Virus record (IMG/VR): IMGVR_UViG_3300049828_000141
Location: 1-47,304 of that record
DNA length: 47,304 bases
Direction: 5' to 3' (one strand)
DNA from: a virus
Lineage: Duplodnaviria > Caudoviricetes
Numbering within the stretch: the first letter of the stretch is position 1; each line of letters starts with the position of its first letter. This document shows, piece after piece, positions 26,282-34,335 of this stretch. The translations under genes and the position numbers were made by a program. Below the pieces are notes generated by a model. It was not told the DNA's origin and did not search any database. It saw only the letters and a program-made list of their open reading frames with translations.

Positions 26282-29109
26282 TGGATATCGAAGCCGCACG
26301 ACGAGACGGATACACGGATGCCGAGATCGCAGACGAGCTTGCGAAGCGGCACAACTTCCCTATCGAAAAGGCTAGAGCAGACGGACACTCGGACGCAGAC
26401 ATTGTAGGTGAGCTAGCCAAGCGTCAGCTAGCCAAGACTCCCGGCACCAAGACCGAGAAGCGCGGGCGCTTTACTATTGACGTAACACCATTCAACGTAG
26501 AGCCACAGAATGCTCGACGCTTCGTGAAGGGCGAGCCAATAGAGAGCGTCGACAATCGCTACGACATTGACCTAGCCAAGAAGGGTATCCTACGGGACAA
26601 GCCCGGCGAGGGCGCGCTGGACCTAAAGGACTACCAAGATATTAGCTACTACTCGGCAGGACCGGAGTACGCTCGTACGTACATCGGCCGCAAAGTCAAG
26701 GAGAAGCTAGCTCCAAACTCGGACTATGATCCGAGTGAGCTAACTCGGGTAGTTGACGGTAAGGTACAGTACCTAGATATCTCCAAGCCTGTAGCTAGGT
26801 GGAAAGAGGTAGATACGGGCGTCCTGTACTCCTTTGGCAAGCCAGCCATGTGGGGTGAGATGGGCACGGACCTAGCCCTAGGTACTGCTGCAACTGTCGC
26901 GTCAGGCGCTCTGTCGCCCGCAGGCGGTGTGGCTGTTGGCGGTGCTACGTCAGGTGCCAACGCATTCGCTTGGCGTCGAGCGGCGCTCCGTAAGGGCCGC
27001 GAGATGGGCATTAACGAGGGCTTGTCAGACGAAGATATTGATACCTTGGCCCAAGGCTACGGTATGATCGTAGGCGGCACCGCCACCCTGTTCGGCGCTC
27101 CAATGGCGTGGAGCCGAGTATCCCCCAAGAACTCGCTGTTCTCTAGGGACACGGCTACTGGCATTCTGGATGACTTCGATACCAATATGGCCAGTTCCGC
27201 CAAGACTGCGGACGACGTCAATGCGCTTCGTCCGGGAGCGGATGAGCAGTTCAACCCGACCGTCCCTCAGCGGTCCGGCATCTCTGAAGTAAAGGATACC
27301 GAAGCTACTATCGAGGCACAGCACGCAGGTGCTGGCACCCAGAAGATTGCTTCCGAGGTCCGGGATCAGAAGTCCCGTAACACCCGTGTTCTGTCCTTGC
27401 TGTGGGATGAGCTATTCCCAAAGAGCAAGAACACGATTGACGACATTGAGCAAGCCGGGCTGGATATTCAAGCTGAGGCTTATGCCCGTGCGGGCCAGTC
27501 TCAGGAAGCCCAAGCCCAGAAGGGAGTTGTGGCTGGTCGACGTAAGATCAGCAAAGAGCTTGACAACATCGACGAGAATCTGGACTACGACCAGTTGATT
27601 ACCGAGCTACGGGGCGTAGAGTCCCCGGGCGGCAACATTTCTGGCACGAAGTTCTACGAGCTACAGGACAAGGTAGCCTCGCAGCAAGCTGCTCTAACGC
27701 AGGCTGTGGAACAAAATGGCCGTAATGTAACGGTCCACATCTCAGATAAGAACCTCCTGCTCCAGCCGCTTCTAGAGATGCGGGCAAGATTATCTCGCGG
27801 CGTGCCGTCACTAAATGCGGCAGTTGGCGACACGACTGTGGTAGCTCACATAGACGGGCTGCTTGAACTTATACGAAAGAACGGAGGGGAGGTTCCTTTC
27901 GCTCTTGTAGACGATGTTCACACCAAGCTTGGTAGACACATTGGAAACATTCAAAGAGCGCCAGCCAAGGGCGTGGACACTCCTGATGTAAGCTATCTTG
28001 CTAATATTGCTTCCATTCTAGAGGAAGCTATAGTTAAAATGTCCCACACCGGCCCAACGCCGGCTAGGGATACGGTAGAGCTGTGGCTCAAGCGCAAAGA
28101 GATGACCACACTCCGCCACGATATCTTTGATCGCAAGGCTGTGCGTGACGTACTGGCTACCGGAGATCCCGACGGACTTACCGGCAAACAGGTCTTCAAT
28201 AACATCTTTACGCCGGAGAGCGCCAAGTACCTAGAGCGTCTGGTGGAGATTGTGGGGTCCGATGAGGAGTCCATGAATGCTCTGCGTAAGGTGGCTCTCA
28301 AGAAGTACAAGGACTCCGTATCGCGTAACGGCGAGGTCAGCCTAAACGCACACAACCAGTTCGTCAACAAGTTCCGACGGCACCTAGAAGTCCTATTCCC
28401 AGAAGGCACGCCTATCACCAAGATGGGTGCTATGGAAGAAGCTGTTGCTAAGCAGGAAGTACGAGCCAAGGCCCTAGCCAAGGCGCACAGCGAAGCTTGG
28501 TACAACGTGTTCGGCTCCAAGTTCAAGTACAGCCCGCACCGTCTGGTGCGGGATATGTCAGACCTTAAGATGGACAAAGGCTCCTACTCACAGCTCATCT
28601 CTCACCTAGAGAAGACTGACCCAGCCCTAGTCAAGCTGATCCAAGAGGAGGCTGTGTCTCAGCTCAGGGTCCGCTTTGGCGCTGATAAGCTACCGTCGGC
28701 CGAAGCTCTGTCGAAGTTCCTGACGTCGACCAAGGCCCGCAACTTCCAGAGACTAATGGGAGCACAAGGCGGGGACTACCTGCGTAACTTGGGCACGCTA
28801 CGGGATGCGCTGCTGCTCAACTCCCAGCAGGGTGTAAGCAAGGGCACGCCGTCCACCAACCTACTTACCACAGCTACCCGCGCAGCGTTTGGTCCGCTGC
28901 ACAGAGTCCAGAGATTCATCACGGCAGGGCGCCAAGCCTATAGCTGGATGAGTGCTAAGGACGCGCACGCAGTTATCTCTGACCCTGCCCGCCTTCGACG
29001 GGCGCTACAGTACGCGGCCATGGCCCCGTCCCTAAAGGCAGTTCCCGCAGCTATCGCTTCGGACATTGGGGCCTTGGGTGCCATGTTCTATGAACAAGAG
29101 ACTAGGTAA
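26281..29109 (+). CDS. Large internal virion (ejection) protein
   Basis: 942 aa; duplicated ARxDGxxDAxIxxELAKR N-terminus; Gly/Ala-rich hydrophobic segments. Confidence 0.6.
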   Translation: MDIEAARRDGYTDAEIADELAKRHNFPIEKARADGHSDADIVGELAKRQLAKTPGTKTEKRGRFTIDVTPFNVEPQNARRFVKGEPIESVDNRYDIDLAKKGILRDKPGEGALDLKDYQDISYYSAGPEYARTYIGRKVKEKLAPNSDYDPSELTRVVDGKVQYLDISKPVARWKEVDTGVLYSFGKPAMWGEMGTDLALGTAATVASGALSPAGGVAVGGATSGANAFAWRRAALRKGREMGINEGLSDEDIDTLAQGYGMIVGGTATLFGAPMAWSRVSPKNSLFSRDTATGILDDFDTNMASSAKTADDVNALRPGADEQFNPTVPQRSGISEVKDTEATIEAQHAGAGTQKIASEVRDQKSRNTRVLSLLWDELFPKSKNTIDDIEQAGLDIQAEAYARAGQSQEAQAQKGVVAGRRKISKELDNIDENLDYDQLITELRGVESPGGNISGTKFYELQDKVASQQAALTQAVEQNGRNVTVHISDKNLLLQPLLEMRARLSRGVPSLNAAVGDTTVVAHIDGLLELIRKNGGEVPFALVDDVHTKLGRHIGNIQRAPAKGVDTPDVSYLANIASILEEAIVKMSHTGPTPARDTVELWLKRKEMTTLRHDIFDRKAVRDVLATGDPDGLTGKQVFNNIFTPESAKYLERLVEIVGSDEESMNALRKVALKKYKDSVSRNGEVSLNAHNQFVNKFRRHLEVLFPEGTPITKMGAMEEAVAKQEVRAKALAKAHSEAWYNVFGSKFKYSPHRLVRDMSDLKMDKGSYSQLISHLEKTDPALVKLIQEEAVSQLRVRFGADKLPSAEALSKFLTSTKARNFQRLMGAQGGDYLRNLGTLRDALLLNSQQGVSKGTPSTNLLTTATRAAFGPLHRVQRFITAGRQAYSWMSAKDAHAVISDPARLRRALQYAAMAPSLKAVPAAIASDIGALGAMFYEQETR

Positions 29110-29531
29110 TGCCAAAGAACATCAATGAACTACTTACTTTGCATGAAGGTGTACGTAGATTCCCATATGAGGACACAGTCGGTAAACTCACCATCGGAAT
29201 CGGATTCAACCTCGAAGATGTGGGACTCTATCCGGAAGAAATTGCATTCATTCTGGGTAACCGTATCGAGAAGTGCGAAGTAGAGCTAGAGCGTACCTTT
29301 CCTTGGTACAACGAGCTAGACGAGGTTCGCAAGGCTGTCCTAGTGGATATGTGCTACAACCTAGGCATCACATCACTTAGCAAGTTCTACACTACGCTAG
29401 GGCACATCAAGGACGGCGACTACCAAGAAGCCTCCAGACAGATGCTAAAGAGTCTGTGGGCCAGACAAGTTAAGGGGCGCGCTAAGCGTCTATCACGAAT
29501 GATGGAGAGTGGCCAATGGCCGGAATCCTAG
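29109..29531 (+). CDS. Endolysin, T4-like (GH24) lysozyme
   Basis: HEGVRRFPYEDTVGKLTIGIG with the E-x8-D-x5-T triad; DMCYNLG; SLWARQV..RA.RL. Confidence 0.9.
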   Translation: MPKNINELLTLHEGVRRFPYEDTVGKLTIGIGFNLEDVGLYPEEIAFILGNRIEKCEVELERTFPWYNELDEVRKAVLVDMCYNLGITSLSKFYTTLGHIKDGDYQEASRQMLKSLWARQVKGRAKRLSRMMESGQWPES

Positions 29532-29929
29532 ACATTATCAAGGGCGTTACGCAGGGGCTTGCGGCCCCTGTCGTAGACTATATGAAGGCGCGGCAAGAGC
29601 TGCGCCACCAAGAGCGTAAGCAGAAAGCTGAGTACGCCGAGGCTGTTCACCAGCGCAAAGTCGAGCTAGTCAAGATGGGCTTGACGGCCGATATGAACTG
29701 GGAGATGGAGTTTGCGCGACAAGCGGAGACTTCGTGGAAGGACGAATACACCTTGATTGTTGTGTCGATTCCTGCGGTCATGGCTTTTATCCCGAGCGGC
29801 GCGAAGTACGTGCGGGATGGATTTGAAGCTCTGCAAGGAACACCGCTATGGTATCAAGGTCTGCTGTTGTCCATGTTCCTAGCTACGGTCGGCATTCGGT
29901 ACTGGCGCAGGACACAATCCGACACATAA
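29516..29929 (+). CDS. Putative holin
   Basis: SWKDEY motif followed by two hydrophobic helices; adjacent to the lysozyme. Confidence 0.6.
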   Translation: MAGILDIIKGVTQGLAAPVVDYMKARQELRHQERKQKAEYAEAVHQRKVELVKMGLTADMNWEMEFARQAETSWKDEYTLIVVSIPAVMAFIPSGAKYVRDGFEALQGTPLWYQGLLLSMFLATVGIRYWRRTQSDT

Positions 29930-29963
29930 AAAAATCCCCCGAACCAATCGCTTGGCCGGGGGA
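29928..29963 (-). terminator. Rho-independent terminator where the two arms converge
   Basis: Minus strand: tcccccggccaa-GCGA-ttggttcggggga followed by a T-run. Confidence 0.8.
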
Positions 29964-30017
29964 CGTTGAGGAGTTTGAGCCGGACGATTACGAAGTAGAA
30001 GACGACGACTTGCCGGG

Positions 30018-30323
30018 CTAGGTGTGCTCTATGTTATCGACTCCAGCCAAAGCCAGAGCACGAGCGCATATGCGACAAGGGCGAGCGAGAACAGGCTTGC
30101 CGCTAGCGTCGAACCTAGTAACAACCACTCGATGAATCTTGCTCCAATCTTTAACTTTAACAAGGCAAGCTACCTCAGCGTGTAGATAAATTTTAGCATC
30201 TTCCCCAAGCTGGTGCGCAATACTAGCTTGCAAAGGGTGGGTCTTGACGTAGGAGTTTCTTCCTATGCTCAGGACCCGCCCTTTTTTGTCATAGGCTATT
30301 GCTGTTAGGCTAGGCCTTGCCAC
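30018..30323 (-). CDS. Zn-dependent cytidine/dCMP deaminase-family protein
   Basis: HAEVACL and PCRIC motifs, plus GRN. Confidence 0.8.
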   Translation of the reverse strand: MARPSLTAIAYDKKGRVLSIGRNSYVKTHPLQASIAHQLGEDAKIYLHAEVACLVKVKDWSKIHRVVVTRFDASGKPVLARPCRICARALALAGVDNIEHT

Positions 30324-30564
30324 TGTCCTTCTTCCACTTCATGGCCACTACAGTACCAAAGAACGCACCGATAACCGCAGCCACCACGAGTCGGTAATCG
30401 TGAACGTAGTTTACCGTAACGAATGCGCTCAGCAGAATTAGGACAGAACTCCAGAACCCTGCTAGGTAGGCCCTGTCCGCGGCTACGTACTTCATGTAGT
30501 ACGTCCACGCCATGTCTACTAGGAACATGCCAACCATAACCAGAAAGAACTTGATTGCGAACAT
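30310..30564 (-). CDS. Small multi-pass membrane protein
   Basis: Three hydrophobic helices, GAFFGT motif. Confidence 0.65.
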   Translation of the reverse strand: MFAIKFFLVMVGMFLVDMAWTYYMKYVAADRAYLAGFWSSVLILLSAFVTVNYVHDYRLVVAAVIGAFFGTVVAMKWKKDSGKA

Positions 30565-30740
30565 TAGTCTTGCACCTTGAAGCCACGCTTCTTTAGGATC
30601 TCTTTTGACGCCTTAGCCACAGGTTCAATCAATTCACTAGGAAGGAACCTATGGGACCACTCTCTTGCGGCTGGTTTGTCTTTTAGTAACTTGTCCACGT
30701 AGACCTTCCCTAGCCGCTCCACGAACTTCGGGTGGATCAT
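30564..30740 (-). CDS. Hypothetical protein
   Basis: MIHPKFVERLGK...; start placed at the TAATG overlap at 30740. Confidence 0.55.
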   Translation of the reverse strand: MIHPKFVERLGKVYVDKLLKDKPAAREWSHRFLPSELIEPVAKASKEILKKRGFKVQD

Positions 30741-31456
30741 TAGAGGTTGATCTCTTTGTCCCACCTTCCGCTTTTAGTAAGCTGCATAGGGATGAAGTAC
30801 GGAACTCCGTGGAGGATAACGCCGCATCCAAGCACAGGCTGATATCGGTTGTATTTCGTATAGTGGAAGGCATACGCGTCACGGTTGATTAGGCATCCTA
30901 CATTGAGTCCGAAGATGGTCTTGTTGTCATTAGCGAGGAATGCAGTTCCCGGTGAGGAATGGTGATGGCCAATAACCGTTGAGCACAGGTTAGATTGTGC
31001 AAGGAGTTTGTGAGGCTGAGTGCCCTTGGCGCTGTCTCCATGGGTAAAAATAATGTCACAAATTCGCCACTCTCGCCGCCAGTTCCACGTATCAGGAGCC
31101 CCCATAAACTCCTTGATTGATCGAAGGTAAGCTCGGGGAATTCCTGCTTCAAACGCTTTGCGAAAGATTCGGTCAGTGTGATTCGAGTAGCAGGCACTTG
31201 CTTCGGGAAACCGTTCATATAGCTGGCGCATAAATTTGGTCGCTTCTCGGTACTCTGCGCCTGCTGACATGCCATCAGGGTCATGAGGATAACGAGACAA
31301 AGCGTGCTGATCGACTTCATCACCGATGCTTACCACCTTAGTAGATAATACTGTCCTGTCCACGGCATCAAGGAACGGGATAGAATCCTTGTGGTGAAAC
31401 GGGGCCTGCAGATCCGGGATTACCAAGATTCGTTCGTTATTAGTAGGGAGCTTCAC
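30740..31456 (-). CDS. Calcineurin-like metallophosphoesterase
   Basis: PDLQ, GDEVD, SNH, THGD and GHHH motifs. Confidence 0.85.
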   Translation of the reverse strand: MKLPTNNERILVIPDLQAPFHHKDSIPFLDAVDRTVLSTKVVSIGDEVDQHALSRYPHDPDGMSAGAEYREATKFMRQLYERFPEASACYSNHTDRIFRKAFEAGIPRAYLRSIKEFMGAPDTWNWRREWRICDIIFTHGDSAKGTQPHKLLAQSNLCSTVIGHHHSSPGTAFLANDNKTIFGLNVGCLINRDAYAFHYTKYNRYQPVLGCGVILHGVPYFIPMQLTKSGRWDKEINL

Positions 31457-31640
31457 TATCGCTAACCTCTTGTTTTTCTGCGTACTTCATGATGTTGTAC
31501 GCGGTGAGACAGCGCTCGTCCATCTCAGTAACGTACCAGTCTTCGGTCTTTACAAGTTCCTCGAATTCTTCTCGAGCGCCGTCAAGTGTTTCGAGTACGA
31601 ATCGGAGTTCGGCTTCTGTTAGTTTTAGTTGTAGTGCCAT
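31440..31640 (-). CDS. Hypothetical acidic protein
   Basis: 66 aa; overlaps both neighbours. Confidence 0.55.
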   Translation of the reverse strand: MALQLKLTEAELRFVLETLDGAREEFEELVKTEDWYVTEMDERCLTAYNIMKYAEKQEVSDSEAPY

Positions 31641-31875
31641 ATTCCCATTCCAGTAGCAAGTCTATGTAATGTCGGGCTTTCTCCAGATCCGCTATGCCGT
31701 GTTTCATGCCGTGCCTGCACACGTACTTGATTACATTTCCCTCTAGAAACCCCAACTTATTTTTGTGGATAAATTCAGCCGGTTGTATTGCGTAGCTCTT
31801 ATAGTGGCTCCCTCCCACCTGCAAGCTGCTTGCGGGCGTCGTCGATCCACTCTTTCGGGATTTCCTTGATGGCAT
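31582..31875 (-). CDS. DUF3310 (SaV-like / T7 gp1.7-like) protein
   Basis: QVGGSHYK..IQP.EFI...GNVIKYVCR...DLEKARHY. Confidence 0.8.
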   Translation of the reverse strand: MPSRKSRKSGSTTPASSLQVGGSHYKSYAIQPAEFIHKNKLGFLEGNVIKYVCRHGMKHGIADLEKARHYIDLLLEWEYGTTTKTNRSRTPIRTRNT

Positions 31876-32266
31876 ACTTCACTCCAATGCTATCGCACCA
31901 ATCAGAATACCGAGTCCGATGGTTGGCAGTAAGAAAGTTGTCAGCACCAAACAAGAAGCGAAGATCAAAGTCAGGGTGACTGCGAAGAAAATCCACCATA
32001 GCACTACGATTACTCGACGTAAACCTTCCCTTAGTTTCGATGTAAATGTTCTTGCCGATGCGGAAGTCGGGTGTGTAGCGAGCAAGTTTGTAGGTATCCT
32101 TTGTTCCACAAGTGTTACAGAACGTCATCGTGGTGCGCTTCTTGTACACAAAACGATCAGGCTCGTAGCGTACCTTAATGTCGTGCTTCTCTAGCTCAGC
32201 GAAGATCCGGCGCTCCAATCCTGACAGGAAGCTGTTGGCCTTTGCCGGTCGTTTACTTTTCGCCAT
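31799..32266 (-). CDS. T7 endonuclease I-like Holliday junction resolvase
   Basis: SGLE, YTPDF and IETKGRF motifs. Confidence 0.85.
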   Translation of the reverse strand: MAKSKRPAKANSFLSGLERRIFAELEKHDIKVRYEPDRFVYKKRTTMTFCNTCGTKDTYKLARYTPDFRIGKNIYIETKGRFTSSNRSAMVDFLRSHPDFDLRFLFGADNFLTANHRTRYSDWCDSIGVKYAIKEIPKEWIDDARKQLAGGREPL

Positions 32267-32435
32267 GAAAGATCACCCCCGTCCCTTCGCACCGATCACA
32301 GTCGTACCACTCGTCCCCGTTATGCTCACCGCCCATTCCTTCGCAGAGAGGGCAGATTTCTTCGTCATCCCGCTCCTCAAAGAACCACTTGATCTTTTTC
32401 TTTTCATTAGGCGGGGGGCTGCCAGATTTGCCCAT
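32253..32435 (-). CDS. Small Zn-finger protein (CxxCxGxG x2)
   Basis: CPLCEGMG...CDRCEGTG. Confidence 0.55.
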   Translation of the reverse strand: MGKSGSPPPNEKKKIKWFFEERDDEEICPLCEGMGGEHNGDEWYDCDRCEGTGVIFHGEK

Positions 32436-33228
32436 GCTCTCTCCTTACCCAACAGAGTCTTGCGTTTTCGACGGCTCTACTTTCTCCAGCTTCACCGTAC
32501 TCACCTTTATAGGAATCTCGTACAATTTGCCAGCAATCTTTACTTGAAGTTGCGGTGTCGAGCAGCTTACGGGCTTTGACAGGTCCAATTCCGGTGAGGC
32601 CTTGAATGTTATCGACGGGATCTCCAGCCAGAACTTGGCTGTAAAAGTTGATTGTTCCGTCTTTTTTGCTGACGACATATTCTTCTTCTTTTACCCAATT
32701 AAAGTGCCGGCCGGGAATCTGGTCTAGGTCCTTGTCCAAGCTAACCACAACAGCGTCATCCAGAACCGTGCCTCGTATCCCAAGGTCATCATCTGCTTCT
32801 TGATTGACTGAATATTGAGCACCAAAGTCTTGTACAAGGTAGTCAGCAATTGCTTTGTAGTGCTTCGGCCTCTGCTGCGCGTCCCTGTTGCCTTTGTACT
32901 TGAGCGTCGTTGCGATTTGCTCACGGAAGTTACCTACTGATGGCGTTAAATACATCTCCATCTGATAGCCTTGATAGCGGTCATACAGCTTGCTGACAAC
33001 ATTCTTGACAAGGAACAAAGCATTCTGTACAGGCTCGACAGTCTTTCGGCTCCAGATTTCATACGTTCCCTCCAGAAGATCCTTTGTCTTTTCTCGTACC
33101 TCCGCCATGTTGTCGCAAGGAATGAAGTGGCCTTTGCCGTGCTCTATCAAGTAGCGGGTCTTCTCTACTGCAAAACCACAGCGGTAGAGAAGCCCGTCAC
33201 CATCTACCAGAATGACGGGCTTGCTCAT
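32407..33228 (-). CDS. 5'-3' exonuclease (T7 gp6/FEN-like)
   Basis: VDGD, YKGNR, EADD, DKDL and GD.VDNIQG..GIG motifs. Confidence 0.9.
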   Translation of the reverse strand: MSKPVILVDGDGLLYRCGFAVEKTRYLIEHGKGHFIPCDNMAEVREKTKDLLEGTYEIWSRKTVEPVQNALFLVKNVVSKLYDRYQGYQMEMYLTPSVGNFREQIATTLKYKGNRDAQQRPKHYKAIADYLVQDFGAQYSVNQEADDDLGIRGTVLDDAVVVSLDKDLDQIPGRHFNWVKEEEYVVSKKDGTINFYSQVLAGDPVDNIQGLTGIGPVKARKLLDTATSSKDCWQIVRDSYKGEYGEAGESRAVENARLCWVRREHGQIWQPPA

Positions 33229-33229
33229 T

Positions 33230-33355
33230 TTAGTCAGCCAAAGCTAGCTGAGACCAAATCAGCGCTGACATGGCCCACACAGCCCCTGACCATCGCTGCT
33301 GCGCCAGTTCTAGCGCTACGCCCAGACCGCACACTATAAGCATTATAATCTTCAT
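33230..33355 (-). CDS. Small hydrophobic peptide (41 aa)
   Basis: MKIIMLIVCGLGVALELAQQRWSGAVWAMSALIW...; TAATG coupling. Confidence 0.45.
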   Translation of the reverse strand: MKIIMLIVCGLGVALELAQQRWSGAVWAMSALIWSQLALAD

Positions 33356-33630
33356 TAGTTTGACTTGCCTCCGGTGAAATCACCGAACTGCTCAAGGAAA
33401 GCTGCTACATCGTCCTGCGGACTCGGGCCAGACACCAGCCACTGGTCGAACTGATCCGCGATCTTTTCGATATTGTAGCGGTTAGGGTGGATCTGCTCGA
33501 TCACCCCTGTACCTTTGTTAATAACCGCATAAGTATCGAAATGCATATCAGGAACACGAACAATGTGTACAGCGTAGTTCGTATTCTCGTACAGCCTGTC
33601 CTTGACAACCACTTCCGGGGCATTATTCAT
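33355..33630 (-). CDS. Hypothetical protein
   Basis: 91 aa with a GGAGG RBS. Confidence 0.65.
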   Translation of the reverse strand: MNNAPEVVVKDRLYENTNYAVHIVRVPDMHFDTYAVINKGTGVIEQIHPNRYNIEKIADQFDQWLVSGPSPQDDVAAFLEQFGDFTGGKSN

Positions 33631-34168
33631 CCCAATCCTCCTGAATGCCGTCCATCGGGGCTTCCGGATTGATGACTACTTCCGGTTCCTTCGGAGCCGC
33701 AGGCTTGGCACCAAGCGTCTTGGTCTCCTCAAAGAACTTGGTAGTCAGCTCGGCTACCAGAGCTACGACAGCGTCGTACTTGGCAGTCTCCTTAGCCGGC
33801 ATCTTTAGCGCCGCGTTCTTCAGGATCACATCAGCCAGAGCGATGGCACTGTTACGCGCTGCCTGCCACTCAATGCGGCTCTGGCGCGTATCATCCGACT
33901 TCTCCCGCTGCGACCAGTAACCCTCCCGACCGGCGCTCGGAGCAGCGCCAGACACAACCTCAGACTTCTTGACCGCAAGGGTCTTGACGTCCACGATGTT
34001 CTGGCCCTTCTGGTTCTGGCGAACCTCAAAGGTTACAAAGTCACCCTTAGATGCGTTCGGCTTATCGCCGCCGCACATATACGAAGCTTCGTCGTTTTCG
34101 AGCTTAAACGAGTACAGACTCTTGCCGTTCCACTCGCGCTCGTTGAGAAACTTGATTCGGCCTTGCAT
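33623..34168 (-). CDS. Putative single-stranded DNA-binding protein (OB fold)
   Basis: OB-like N-terminus (KGDFVTFEV), acidic/aromatic tail QEDWDE, downstream of the polymerase. Confidence 0.6.
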   Translation of the reverse strand: MQGRIKFLNEREWNGKSLYSFKLENDEASYMCGGDKPNASKGDFVTFEVRQNQKGQNIVDVKTLAVKKSEVVSGAAPSAGREGYWSQREKSDDTRQSRIEWQAARNSAIALADVILKNAALKMPAKETAKYDAVVALVAELTTKFFEETKTLGAKPAAPKEPEVVINPEAPMDGIQEDWDE

Positions 34169-34335
34169 TAGTTATTATCCTCAAATGTCACTGCTTGAAA
34201 CCAACCAACATCACGGAAAGGAGTACCGACCATCTTGACCGCACTCCGATTACGCATAAACCGGGTTACTTCATTCTCTAGCTCTCCGATTGTCGTGCCC
34301 CAGATCAGACGATAGGAACGAGTTGACTTTCTCAA
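34168..34335 (-). CDS. Small DUF1737-like protein
   Basis: YRLI.G....LENEVT......VGTP pattern; TTG start after GGAG is tentative. Confidence 0.4.
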   Translation of the reverse strand: MRKSTRSYRLIWGTTIGELENEVTRFMRNRSAVKMVGTPFRDVGWFQAVTFEDNN

